A stretch of 64,000 nucleotides of DNA from the human T2T-CHM13v2.0 reference genome, Homo sapiens: NCBI RefSeq assembly GCF_009914755.1, contig NC_060940.1; one strand, given 5' to 3'. How positions within the stretch are numbered: the stretch's first letter is position 1; each line of letters opens with the position of its first letter. Position numbers and translations under genes: made by a program. Below, piece after piece: positions 49,596-64,000 of the stretch. The notes beneath the pieces were generated by a model. It was not told the origin of the DNA. It saw only the letters and a program-made list of their open reading frames with translations, and did not search any database.

Positions 49596-49811
49596 CTTGC
49601 TTTGGGCTGCTTAGCATCCCTTTTTTGGGGATACCAGCCTTTATTTGACATCTGCCAGTAACAGGATTCTACCTCTAAGGTGGCCACATAATCCAGGCCG
49701 GGCCCGTCAGAGCCTCATTGTAGAAATTTGCCTTCAGGTCAGGAGGTGGAAACCCTGAGAGAGTTCCTGGGTTCTGGGATATTCTAAGCTGTCCAGGCTC
49801 CTGTGTTTTCT

Positions 49812-50103
49812 TTGTTTTTAGAGACGGAGTCTAGCTCTGTCACCCAGGCTGGAGTGCAGGGGCACAATCTCGGTTCACTGCAACCTCCGCATCCTGGGTT
49901 CAAGTGATTCTCCTGCCTCAGCCTCCTGAGTAGCTGGGATTACAGGCATGCGCCACTATGCCCAGCTCATTTTTGTATTTTTAATAGAGATGGGGTTTTG
50001 CCATTTTTGGCTAGGCTGGTCTCAAACTCCTGACCTCAGGTGATCTGACCGCCTTGGCCTCCGAAAGTGCTAGGATTACAAGCGTGAGCCACCATGCCTG
50101 GCC
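49812..50103 (-). mobile_element. AluS
   Basis: TSD ggctcctgtgttttct at 49796-49811 and 50104-50119. Confidence 0.95.
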
Positions 50104-50297
50104 GGCTCCTGTGTTTTCTAAGGCCAGTTTATTCAACTCTGTTTTCTTTCTGAGAGTTTCCGAATGGAGTCATCCCTTGGTATCCATGGGGGATTAGTTC
50201 CAGGATTTTCCATGGATACCAAACCCCACAGAAGCTCAAGTCCCTGATATAAAATGATGTAGTCTTTGCATTTAACTATGCACATCCTGCTGTATAC

Positions 50298-50609
50298 TTT
50301 ATTTTTATTTATTATTATTATTTTTGAGATGGAGTCTCCCTCTGTCACCCAGACTGGAGTGCAGTAGCGCAATCTTGGCTCACTGCAACCTCCGCCTCAG
50401 CTAGGTTCAAGCGATTCTCATGCCTCAGCCTCTTGAGTAGCTGGAACTACAGGTGTGTGCCACCACGCCCGGCTACTTTTTGTATTTTTAGTAGAGATGG
50501 GGTTTCACCATGTTGGTCAGGCTGGTCTTGAACTCCTGACCTCAAGTGTTCTGCCCATCGCGACCTCCCAAAGTGCTGGGATTACAGGCATGAGCCACCA
50601 TGCCTGGCC
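50298..50609 (-). mobile_element. AluS inside MER2
   Basis: TSD ctgtatac(t/a)tta. Confidence 0.95.
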
Positions 50610-50675
50610 CTCCTGTATACATTAGATTATCTCTAGATTACTCATAAAAATGAATACAATGTAAATGCCGTGTAA

Positions 50676-50903
<228 letters not shown>

Positions 50904-51035
50904 TGAATATTTTTTTAATTCTCGGTTGGTTGAATCCATAGATGCGGAACTCACAGAGGCAGAGGGCCAACTGTAGCCTTCCTACAGATATTTTTATCTT
51001 GTTAAAGTAATAACCCTAACCTGACCCACACCTCA

Positions 51036-51630
<595 letters not shown>

Positions 51631-52061
51631 CTACCTAACAGCTCTGAGTTCTGCCTACCTGAATTAGCCCAATGTTTTCACCCTTTGAAAGAAGATTCTA
51701 AGCCGAAACCAGCCCCCAGTTCCCCGTGGGCTTTGCCCACTCCTTGCCAAGCACTCTGAGTGCTACCCTTTCTCTTTCTGAATAGGGTGAGATACTTGAC
51801 GCTGCCCTGAATCGAAGTCAAACGGGGGCTCCTCTCTGCAGTACCACAGAGCTCCCTGTAGGTGGCAGGGTAGGACTGCAAATGTCCTGGAATATTGGTC
51901 CCTGAGCGCAAGCCCAGACTGGAGCTGGGGTACAGCATTTACTTGCCGTGGGGAAGAGGAGGACGCCGGAGGGAGGAGGAAGGAAAGTAGAAGTGTTGCC
52001 AGTCTTGAGGCAAAAGAGAGTTGATTTGAGGGCCGAAGGACAGGAATAGTTGGTGTACCTC

Positions 52062-52410
52062 ATCCGTCTATCTCTCCATCCACCTACCCACCTATATACC
52101 CAACTACCCTCCATCCATCCACCTACTCTCCATTCACCCACCCACTCACCCATCCACCCATCCACCCACCCACCCATCCATCTACCCATCCATCCATCCA
52201 TCCATCCATCCACGCATTCATCCAAACACCCATCTATCCATCCACCCACCCATCCGTCCATGGGTTCATTCATCCATCCATCTACCAATCCACTCATCCA
52301 TCCAATAAATATTTTTGAGCACCTGTGCTAAATGCATATACACACACACATATCTATGCACACACATACATACACACTGATATATATCACACACATGCAT
52401 ACACACACAC
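52062..52410. repeat. (CCAT/CCAC)n then (CA)-rich simple repeats
   Basis: ccatccacccatccatcc...; cacacacaca. Confidence 0.9.
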
Positions 52411-52776
52411 GGAGAATAACCGGTACTGCCTTTTGTTGAGTGTCAAGGTTGCTTTTATCTCTCCAGCTGGAGATTTCTGCACCTGTCTGTAGCATCCATT
52501 ACTAGCATCCCATTCCCAATATTATTATTCACTCCTTTACTTCCGAATATAAAGCAGATGTCATCTGGGGCCCTTTTTGCCCCTTCTGATTTCAATAAAA
52601 TTTTCCCCAACGTCCTGTCTTCCTCCTCCTCCTCTATCCCATTCCTGAGGCATCTCAAGTCTTCCCTTGGATTTCTGTCAACTCCTGACTTTTCTGCCTC
52701 TAGAGCTTTGGCTCCTAGTAGGATATTTCTGACCTGCAGCATATCATATTCTTTGTTTTTAAAATTTATTATTGTT

Positions 52777-53108
52777 GGCCAGGTGCAGTGGCTCATGCCT
52801 GTAATCCCATCACTTTGGGAGACCGAGGCAGGTGGATCACCTGAGGTCAGGAGTTTGAGATTAACCTGGCCAACATGGTGAAATCCCGTTTCTACTAAAA
52901 ATACAAAAATTAGCTGGATGTGGTGGCATGCTCCTGTAATCCCAGCTACTCGGGAGGCTGAGGCAGGAGAATTGCTTGAACCCGGAGGGAGAGGTTTCAG
53001 TGAGTCGAGATCTCGCCACTACTCCAGCGTGGACGACAGAGCAAGACTCCATCTCAAAAAAAACAAAAACAAAACCAAACAAGCAAACAAAAAAAAAAAA
53101 ACAAGAAA
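52777..53108 (+). mobile_element. AluS
   Basis: Alu dimer with (CAAA)n tail. Confidence 0.95.
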
Positions 53109-53894
53109 AGGCAGCTCAGAGAGGTCAAGTGTCTAGCTTGAGGCCATACAGCTAACTGGGTCAGAACTGAGATTTGAACCCATGTATGTCTGACCTGGTG
53201 CTGGGCTCTTTTCTGTAGAGGATTCATCCAGCCCCACATACCTGGTCTAGAAGAAGGGAAGTGGTGGGAGAGGAGCACCCCAGAGAGAGGAGCCCGAATC
53301 ATGGGGCTGCAAGCTGGTCCTGGGTCCCATGGAGCCATGGGGTGAGGAAGTGGCAGGGGCTACCACCAAACTCAGATGCGGGCCCAAGGCTGGTTGGGGG
53401 AGAGGACCCTGGCTGTGGGTGCCCATCTGCCAGCTTGTATGAAGGAGTAGGCGGGGTAGGTGGGAGAAGGGAAGTGGTGCTTCGGTGGGACCACAGGAAA
53501 CGCTAGATTTTGGTTAGTAGTTGGAAAGTACCAGCAATTTCTCTTTCAACAGAAAACCAGAAGGAGGTCAGGTTTTTCTTATTAAAACAGAGACAAATGC
53601 AGACTTTGCAAAGGAAGCAGGGATTTGCAGAGTGAGGCTGGAAGTCACCGAAGCTGAGTGATATTCCCCAGAGAAAGGTTTTACATTCATGTGGAGTGGG
53701 TCAGAGGACCTTGAGTTGAGCTGATGAGCAGCCACAGGATGGCACCAGGTTTTCACGATATGGAGAGAAGGGGACCTGGTGGTGGTTTGGCCACCGTGTC
53801 CTGTTTCCTGAAGAACAGAGGGTGTACGTGACAGCTGGGGCCTCATAGCCAGTTACTGCCAGCAGGACTCCATCTCAATTCAGATCTTACTTCA

Positions 53895-54484
<590 letters not shown>

Positions 54485-54715
54485 CTAAACTGGCGATGAT
54501 AAGACCTCCCTTGCTATGTTGTTATAAAATTACTTGTGTGCCTAGCCCAGAGTAGGTGTGCAATGAATGAGTAAATGGATGAATGGCTAAATTCCACACA
54601 TATTTATGGAGTGCTAAGTCTGTGTCAGGCATTACCTTGGGGACACAGCTGGAAGTGAACAAGCCCCAGTCTTCGGTTTTTAGGAGCCCACATTCTGGCA
54701 GAAGAGACAGGAAGT

Positions 54716-55012
54716 AGCTGGGCAGGGTGGCTCATGCCTATAATCCCAGCACTTCGGGAGGCTGAGGTGGGCTGATCACCTGAGGTCAAGAGTTTGAGAA
54801 CAGCCTGGCCAACATGGTGAAACCCCATCTCTACTAAAAATACAAAAATTAGCCAGGCATGGTGGCATGCACCTGTAATCCTAGCTACTCGGGGGGCTGA
54901 GGCAGGGAAATCGCTTGAACCCGAGAGGTGGAGGTTGCAGTGAGCCGAGATCGAGCCACCACACTCCAGCTTGGGTGACAGACTGAAACTCCATCTCAAA
55001 AAAAAAAAAAAA
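54716..55012 (+). mobile_element. AluS
   Basis: TSD agag(a/c)caggaagta. Confidence 0.95.
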
Positions 55013-55476
55013 GAGAGCCAGGAAGTAAGTGAGACAGATAAGATCAACACAGAGCATGCTAAACAGAAAAGTAGGAAAGACATACTATTCAGTGTTGGGG
55101 TGGGTGGGGAGATTAATATTTCAGAAAGGGTAGCCTGGGAAGGGCTCATTGAGAAGCTGACTGTTGAATAAAGATTGGCAGGAATTACGCAACCAGCCGT
55201 GTAGATCTCTGGGAGAGGAGAATTCCGGGGAGAAGGGACAGTCAGTGCAAAGGCCCTTAGGCCAGAGCATGCTTGGGGTTCAAGAAACAGAGTGAGTGCC
55301 AGTGTGCCTGAAGCCCAGTACAGAAGGGAGAAGGTTGTCGGAGATGAAGGCAAAGAGGTAATGACGGGTGGGTTAGAGTTTGCAGGGCCTTTGGAAGCTG
55401 TGAGAAGGATTTTGGCTTTTTTTCTGGGTCAGAGGGGAGCCAGTGCAGGAGTTTGAGCAGAGGAGTGGCATATTAC

Positions 55477-55932
<456 letters not shown>

Positions 55933-56343
55933 TGATTATGGAGGCCGAGAAGTCCCAAGATCGGCAGCTGGCAAACAGGAGACCCAGGAGAACTGATGAT
56001 TTAGCTCCAGTGTGAGGCCCAAAGACCCTGTGAGTTCCCAGGAGAGCCAATGACATAAGTTCTGGTCCTAACGCGAGCAGACTTGAGATGCAGGAAAAGC
56101 CAATGTTTCAGTTCAAGTCTCAGGGTGGAAAAGCACAGTGTCCCAGCCCAAGCAGGCAGGCAGCAGGAGTTCTCTTGTACTGTGCCTTTTTGTTCTATAT
56201 GGGCCTTCAACGGATTGGATGGGGCCCACCCACATTAGGGAGGGCGACTTGCTCTATTCAGTCTGCAGTTCAAATGTGAATCTCACCCAGGAACACCCTT
56301 ACAGACACACACTCACAATAATGTTTGAACAAAAATATCTGGG

Positions 56344-56655
56344 GGCCAGGCATGGTGGCTCACACCTGTAGTCCCAGCACTCTGGAAAGCCAAAATGCGT
56401 GGATCACTTGAGGCCAGGAGTTTGAGACCAGCCTGAGCAACATGACAAAACCCTGTATCTATAAAAAAAAATACAAAAATTAGCTGGTATGATGGCACCA
56501 CATGTGGTACCAGCTACTCAGGAGGCTAAGGTGGAAGGATCGTCTGAGTTCAGGGAGGTTGAGGCTGCAGTGAGCCATGACTGACTGTGCCACCGCACTC
56601 CAGCCTGAGCGACAGAGCAAGACCTTGTCTCAAAAAAAAAAAAAAAAAAAAAAAA
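56344..56655 (+). mobile_element. AluJ inside MLT2
   Basis: gaggttgaggctgcagtgagccatga; TSD-like atctggg. Confidence 0.93.
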
Positions 56656-57231
56656 TCTGGGCAGCCCGTGGCCCAGTCAAACTGACACATCAAATTGACC
56701 ATCCCAAGTGGCTTCACTGGATGTAGCTTTCTACAGGCTCTCTCTGGCTGTGGTGTTGAGAATAGTATGAAGGTAGGGGTAGGGTTGGGGAGTCAGAAGC
56801 AGGAAGGTGAATTTGGTGGCTACCATATAGTCATCCAGGTAAGTGTGGTGGTGGCTTGGACTAAAGTGGTAGTAAGAGGTGTGACGAGGTTATTAGATTC
56901 TGGATGTATTTTGAAAGGAGTGCAGATGGGGTGAGAGAGAGAAGAAGAGAAATAATGGGTGACCTGTGGTTTTTGGCTTCAGCACCTTAAAGAATGAGGT
57001 TGCCACTGATTGAGAAGGGAGTATCAGGAGTATGGCGGACACGTTGAGTGTGAGAAATGTAAGCTTTGGAGGAGATGTGGGGTCAGCAGGTAGATGTCCA
57101 TGCCTGGAGTCCAGCAGAGCAGCCTGGGCCAGACAGCTGGATTTGGGAGCTGTCATTAGCACCTGCCTGGCTGTCTTCATTATTGCATCAAGAGTGGCTC
57201 TTGGTTGCAAGTAACAGAAAACCTGGCTGCA

Positions 57232-57518
57232 GGCCAGACATGGTGGCTCACGCCTGTAATCCCAGCACTTTGGGAGGCCGAGGTGGGTGGATCACCTGAG
57301 GTCAGGAGTTTGAGACCAGCCCGGCCAACACGGTGAAACCCTGTCTCTACTAAAACTACAAAAATTAACCGGGTGTGGTGGCATGTGCCTGTAATCTCAG
57401 CTACTCAGGAGGCTGAGGCAGGAGAATCGCTTGAACCTGGGAGGCAGAGTTTGGGTAAGCTGAGATTGCACCATTGTACTCCAGCCTGGGTGACACAGCA
57501 AAACTCCATCTCAGAAAA
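57232..57518 (+). mobile_element. AluS inside old MLT1 fragment
   Basis: TSD-like agaaaacctggctgc/agaaaacttagttgc. Confidence 0.94.
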
Positions 57519-57806
57519 AGAAAACTTAGTTGCCTTGAGCAAAAACAGAAATTATTGGAAAACTCTAGGGGTCCACAAACCCACCAGGAAGCTGGGGGAT
57601 CCAGGCTGGGGAAATGAGTGGGGGCCAAGGAGGCTGTGAAGATCTGAGCAGCGGCAGTCACAGAAAAGGCCCCGGCAGGAGCAATCCGGTCCTAAAACCC
57701 CCATGGCCACCATGTGGATAGGCCCTCCTGCGGCCCCTTGCTGGGATCACCGCTCATGATGCAGAGTCTGAGGAGAGCAGCTCATTGGTTCAACCAAGCC
57801 ACATGA

Positions 57807-58205
<399 letters not shown>

Positions 58206-58272
58206 TAATGGGGAACTCCCAGAGGAGCCACCAGGGTAAAAGAGGAAGAGATGAGATGTTGGACTGGCATAA

Positions 58273-58664
<392 letters not shown>

Positions 58665-58937
58665 GATCTTTTAAATTCTTTCAGCGTCAAAGCCAAAGTT
58701 TTCTCAATGTCCTAAAAGGCCCCAGGCCCTCTGCCCTCCCTCCCCTGCTACCCCGCCCTGTGGCCTCTCTGACCTCATCTCCTGTTGTTCCTGCCTTGCT
58801 CATTCTTCCCCAGCCTCACTGGTCCCCTGGCTGCGGCTCCAAAACGCTGGCCACTCCTGCCCCAGGACACTTGCCTTTGCTCTCTTCCGTGCCCTTCCCA
58901 GACATCCCCACGACTTGCTCCCTTACTGCCTTCAGGC

Positions 58938-59257
58938 TTCTCTCTCTCTCTCTCTCTCTTTTTTTTTTTTTTTTGGAGATGGAGTCTCACTCTGTTGCCC
59001 AGGCTGGAGTTCAGTGGTGTGATCTTGCCTCACTGCAACCTCCATCTCTTGGGTTCAAGTGATCCTTCTGCCTCAGCCTCCTGAGTAGCGGGGGTTACAG
59101 GCGCATGCCACCATGCCCGGCTAATATTTGTATTTTTAGTAGAGATGGGGTTTTGCCATGTTGGCCAGGCTAGTTTCAAATTCCTGGCCTCAAGTGATCT
59201 GCCTGCCTCAGCCTCCCAAAGTGCTGTGATTACAGGCATGCGCCACGGTGCCCCGCT
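58938..59257 (-). mobile_element. AluS inside L2
   Basis: Antisense Alu with (CT)n tail. Confidence 0.94.
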
Positions 59258-59699
59258 GAGACTTTTCTCCAATGTGACCTTCTCAGCCAGACATCCTTGA
59301 TGATGCCATTTACATTTGCAATGCTCCCTCTATCCCATCTCCTCCCAGGAATGCCTCTTCATGTCTTTGCTTTTTTTTTTTTTCCCCCACAGAACTTCTC
59401 ATCATCTTCATGCTACATATCTCTGTTTCTTGTGTATCTCCCTCCTCCATGTGGATGGGGGTTTCCAGAACCGAGCCTGGTATGGAGCAGGCGGTCAGGA
59501 TTTGCTCTTGAATGAAGGATGGGGGTTCACTCCCTGGAGCTATGTTGGGAGCCCTGTTCTGAGGAGCTCTGGCTTCGTGGGTCCCCAGGACCCAGGGTAA
59601 GACAGTCCACTCCTTGGGCAATGACTGGGACCAGTACCTGGGGAGGTTGGGGCCCTTCATCCCAACTCAGTCCCATCCTTGAGGGAATCAACTGTGACT

Positions 59700-60000
59700 C
59701 ACAGCTAACAGGGTGAGCAGAGCTGCTTCTTCAGTCACGAATGAAAATAACCTTGTCTCTGTAAACAAACAGCTCTCAATTTATTCATTGGGAAGAAAGA
59801 AGTGTGTGTGGAAAGAAGGAGGCACTTTCCTGGGGGGCGGAGTGTCAGAGTGTTAGACTTGAGTTACTCAGAGTAATTGATTCACGATGCTGCGTGTCAG
59901 GGGTGTTACATCTAATCGGGAGCTGTCCATACAATTTCTCACTAATTGTCACTGGGCGCCATAACAGGATAATGACTGTTGGGGCACAAGAGACTTGGAT
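59700..60000. promoter_or_regulatory. Candidate enhancer
   Basis: Repeat-free; TGTAAACAAACA 59760-59771; GGGGCGGAGT 59834-59843; TAATTG x2, TGTCA x3. Confidence 0.35.
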
Positions 60001-60091
60001 GTGGTGAGCCAAGGGTATCATTTTGATTTTTGTTTTGAGATGTGCTGGAACTCAGATGACCCTCCTTACCGAAAGGCTCCATCCCTTTAAA

Positions 60092-60233
60092 TTTTTTTTT
60101 TTTTTTTTTTAAGAGATGATGTTTTTCTGCGCTATGTTGCCCAGGCTGGTCTCAAACTCCTGGGCTTAAGTGATCCTTCCACTTCAGTCTCCCAAGTAGT
60201 GGGGAATGCAGGTGTGAGCCACTGCACCCGACT
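60092..60233 (-). mobile_element. Alu monomer (FLAM)
   Basis: T-tail + gctatgttgcccaggctggtctcaaactcctggg. Confidence 0.87.
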
Positions 60234-60244
60234 GAAAAGCTCAT

Positions 60245-60524
60245 TCTTTTTTTGTTGAGACAGGGTCTCACGCTGTCACCCAGACTTGGAGTGCAGTGGC
60301 GTGCTCACGGCTCACTCTAGCCTTGACCTCTCAGGCTCAAGCTATCCTTCCATCTCATTCTCCCAGGTAGGTGGGACTACAGGCATGTGCCACCATGCCT
60401 GGCTAATTTTTTTATTTTTTGTAGAGACGGGGGTCTCACTATGTTGCCCAGGCTAGTCTCACACTCCTGAGCTCAAGCGATCCTCCCACCTTGGCCTCCC
60501 AACATGCTGGGATTACAGGCATGT
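60245..60524 (-). mobile_element. AluJ
   Basis: Antisense Alu lacking ~20 nt of its 5' end. Confidence 0.92.
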
Positions 60525-61099
60525 GGAAGGTTCATTGTTTAGCCAGAGTTTTGTTCTGGACCGGAGACAATCTAGAGGGATGCAGACCTGGGCTTGGACC
60601 ACCAGAGGTCTGGCTGGACCCCTGGGGGCCAGAAGTGCCTAGTTGAGGGGTATCTTCTTGGACTCGTTACTTACTCCTCACTTTGAACCTGTCACCAAGT
60701 GTGTCAGTTTTGCCTCTAAAGCATCTGTCAGCTCTGTCCACTTCTCTCCACTCCCACTGCCACCCCCTGCTTTCACCTGGTGACCACAGACGCTGCTTAG
60801 CTTCTGCTCTGTCTCTTATTCCCTTCCCTTTGCCTCTACCCGGGAGCATACATGTAATGGTGACAGTTCCCTGCATAACACACTGCAGCGGTCCCATTCC
60901 CTTGAGGATGAAGACCAAAATCCTTAACATGGCTCAAGAGATCCCACAACCATCTGGCCCCTGCCCACTTCTCAGCCTCACTGTTCACCATTTTCTCCAG
61001 GCAAAAGGAAGGACCAGTGACCTAAGAATGCCATGGGGCTGCTGCCCTCATTTTGCACTCTAGGATTTTGACCTTATTATTTCCTGTGCATGGGATGCT

Positions 61100-61250
61100 T
61101 TCTTCCCCTCCCTCCCTCCCTTTCTTCCTTCCTTCCTTCCATCCATCCTCTTTCTTTCTCTCTCCTCTCCCTCTCTCTCTCTCCCTCCCTCCCTCCCCTC
61201 CCCTGCCTCCCTTCCTCCTCCTCCTCCTTCTTTCCCCTCTCTCTCTCTTT
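61100..61250. repeat. Polypyrimidine (CCCT/TTCC/CT)n tract (Alu-tail derived)
   Basis: ccctccctccctttcttccttccttcc... Confidence 0.9.
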
Positions 61251-61551
61251 CTTTTTGAGACAGGGTCTCATTCTGTCACCCAGGCTGGAGTGCAGTAGTG
61301 TGATCGTGGCTCACTGCAGCCTCAACCTCCTGGGCTCAAGTGATCCTCCCACCCTAGCCTCCTGAGGAGCTGGATACCACTGTGTGCAGTGAGTGCATGC
61401 CACTGTGCCCAGCTAATTTTTTGTATTTTTTGCAGAGATGGAGGTTTTGCCACGTTGCACAGTCTGGTCTCAAACTCCTGGGCTCAAGTGATCTGCCCAC
61501 CTCGGCCTCCCAAAGTGCTGGGATTACAGGCATGAGCCACCGCACCTGGCC
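61250..61551 (-). mobile_element. AluJ
   Basis: ctcactgcagcctcaacctcctgggctcaagtgatcc. Confidence 0.92.
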
Positions 61552-61808
61552 TAGGAGCTGCTTCTTAGATCTTCCGCAGCTCTTTCTCATCACCAGCTAA
61601 AATGCTGTATTCTGGTAGCATTGTCTTTATCCTCCTCTGGACTGTATCTCTCTTGAAGTCTTCCATTCCAGTTCATTTCTCCTGAGCCTAGTACAATAAT
61701 ACATAGAAAGCGCTGGGATATTTTTAAAAATACTAATGTTTAGAATCAATTTTAATTCCTTCTGTAAAAAATATACGTATTTTGCCTTTTTAAAAAAATG
61801 CAAAACTG

Positions 61809-62375
<567 letters not shown>

Positions 62376-62715
62376 TAAGGACCTTCAAATACTTCTGCAT
62401 CCATTTGTATGCATCTTTAGTTTTGTTCTGAAAACCTCAAGATATAGCACGCTATGTGTATAGTTTGCAACTTGAATTTTTTTCACTCAACACTGTGTTT
62501 CTGAGACCAATCCTCGCTGATACATAGAGAGCTAGTTAATTCCTCCTGCCTTCTGCATAGCATCTCACTATGTTATTAATTGCCTTTTGTTTTCTCAAGC
62601 TATTTCTGTGTTGATGGGCATTTGTGTTGTGTCTACTGCCTTGCTATTGAAAATAGCACTTCAGTGCGTGCACCGCGTAGGCCTCTGTGTACTACCGTGA
62701 AGTGTTTCCTGAGGC

Positions 62716-62887
62716 CAGTAGTTCTCAACTTGGCTGCAGACAGAATCACCTGAACGTTTTTTTTTTAACAATCACACCAACTCTCTGCCTTTCCCCAAAT
62801 TCTTAATTGAATGGTTCAGGGTAGGCATCGGCAGTTTTAGAAGCTCCAGGGTGCTTCTAAATGTGCATTCAGGGTTGAGACCTGCTG
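62716..62887. mobile_element. MER5-family (hAT-Charlie) MITE
   Basis: cagtagttctcaacttggctgcagacagaatcacctg...agctccagggtgcttcta...gggttgagacctgctg. Confidence 0.75.
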
Positions 62888-63492
62888 TTCTGGGGTGTAC
62901 ATTGGGGATGTTGGTGTTGCAATGACTGGGCCAAAAGAAGAACCCAACCCCGTGTTTTACCAGGCTCTGCCCAATTGCCTTTCAAGGTGACTGAACTGAT
63001 CTACATCCTGCTGGCAGTGTGTGAGCGAATAATGACTGTTTTGTGTGAACAAGTGACTACCAGTCACTGCAGGTCAGTGAACCAGAGCGTTCTCCACTGC
63101 ACAAACTGCCTCCAAGTGGCTCATCACCATGGGCTACAGCCCACAAACGTCTGAGCTTGGAATGCTTTGTGTCCTTAGGTGGCAGCTTGGTGCAGCTGAA
63201 AAGGTGCCAGGCTGCTAATGGGACAATTCGGAGTCCAGTTCAGACCCAGGTTCTACCTTGCTATGTGTCCTCCCAGGTCACATCCCCACACTGAGCCTCA
63301 GCATCCCTGCCCTTGGAGGGAGGAGAGCTGGAAACTCACCTGCGGTCATTTTCATGTTTCTCTTCTGTCTGAGCCACACGTTACTTGCAGCCTGTGGTCT
63401 GAGCATGGGCGTTAGAGCCCAGTCCTGAATAGTTTCTGCACTGTGGGCCCTGTTGGTATCTGGGGAAGCCTATTACCCTTCTCAGAGCAATG

Positions 63493-63823
63493 TTTCTTTT
63501 TCTTCTCTTTTCTTTCTTTTCTTTTCTTTCATTTTTTGTTTGAGACAGAGTCTCGCTCTGTCACTGAGGCTGGAGTGCAGTGGCATGATCTTGGCTCACT
63601 GCAACCTCTACATCCTGGGTTCGAGTGATTATCCTGCCTTAGTCTCCTGAGTAGCTGGGATTACAGGTGCCTGCCACCACGCCCGGCTAATTTTTGTATT
63701 TTTAGTAGTGATGGGGTTTCACCATGCTGGCCAGGCTGGTCTCAGACAGCTGACCTCAGGTGATCCACCCGCCTTGGCCTCCCAAAGTGCTGGGATTACA
63801 GGCGTGAGCCACCTCGCCCGGCC
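63493..63823 (-). mobile_element. AluS
   Basis: Antisense Alu dimer. Confidence 0.95.
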
Positions 63824-64000
63824 TTTTTTTTTTTTTTTTTTTTTTAGAGACGGAGTGTCCCTGTGTCCCTCTGTCACCTAGGCTGGAGTGCAGTGGCTTC
63901 ATCTCAGCTCACTGACCTCCGCCTCCCAGGTTCAAGTGCTTCTCCTGCCTCAGTCTCCCAAGTAGCTGGGACTATAGGCATGCACCACCACGCCCAGCTA
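63824..64000 (-). mobile_element. AluS, cut by window edge
   Basis: T-tail + right monomer. Confidence 0.93.

Noticed and set aside
51818-52331. W/G/M-rich and H/P-rich ORFs
   Set aside because: Translations of the (CCAT/CCAC)n repeat
53731-53746. Additional CTCF-like gccacaggatggcacc
   Set aside because: Mismatch in the core AG positions; weak
54625-55353. 242-aa minus-strand ORF
   Set aside because: Chance read-through of L2 and Alu

Overview
Human (primate) non-coding genomic DNA, intronic or intergenic. Human origin is inferred from a near-consensus AluYb8 at 6781-7085. I see no complete protein-coding gene, RNA gene, CpG island, CRISPR array or prokaryote-type system. Nearly all ORFs in the track are read-throughs of Alu, L1, L2 or simple repeats. 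The window holds about 65 Alu elements or fragments (much denser after ~30 kb), several L1 fragments of different ages (three with 5' inversions), solo MaLR/ERVL LTRs, DNA-transposon MITEs (MER20, Tigger3a, Tigger4, MER2, MER5), old MIR/L2 and microsatellites. The most interesting signals are: (i) short locally templated insertions and duplications, including a ~130-bp copy of a neighbouring L2 end pasted inside an MLT1 LTR and a ~166-bp inverted copy spanning an L1/L1 junction; (ii) repeat-free islands with clustered TF motifs (CTCF+AP-1, MARE+PBX-HOX, triple ARE/MARE, FOX+SP), most lying between a convergent pair of CTCF-like motifs (17.6 kb forward, 51.5 kb reverse); (iii) a candidate 67-nt exon at 81-147. 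Repeat family names come from recalled consensus sequences, not a RepeatMasker run. Subfamily calls and the boundaries of old elements are approximate.
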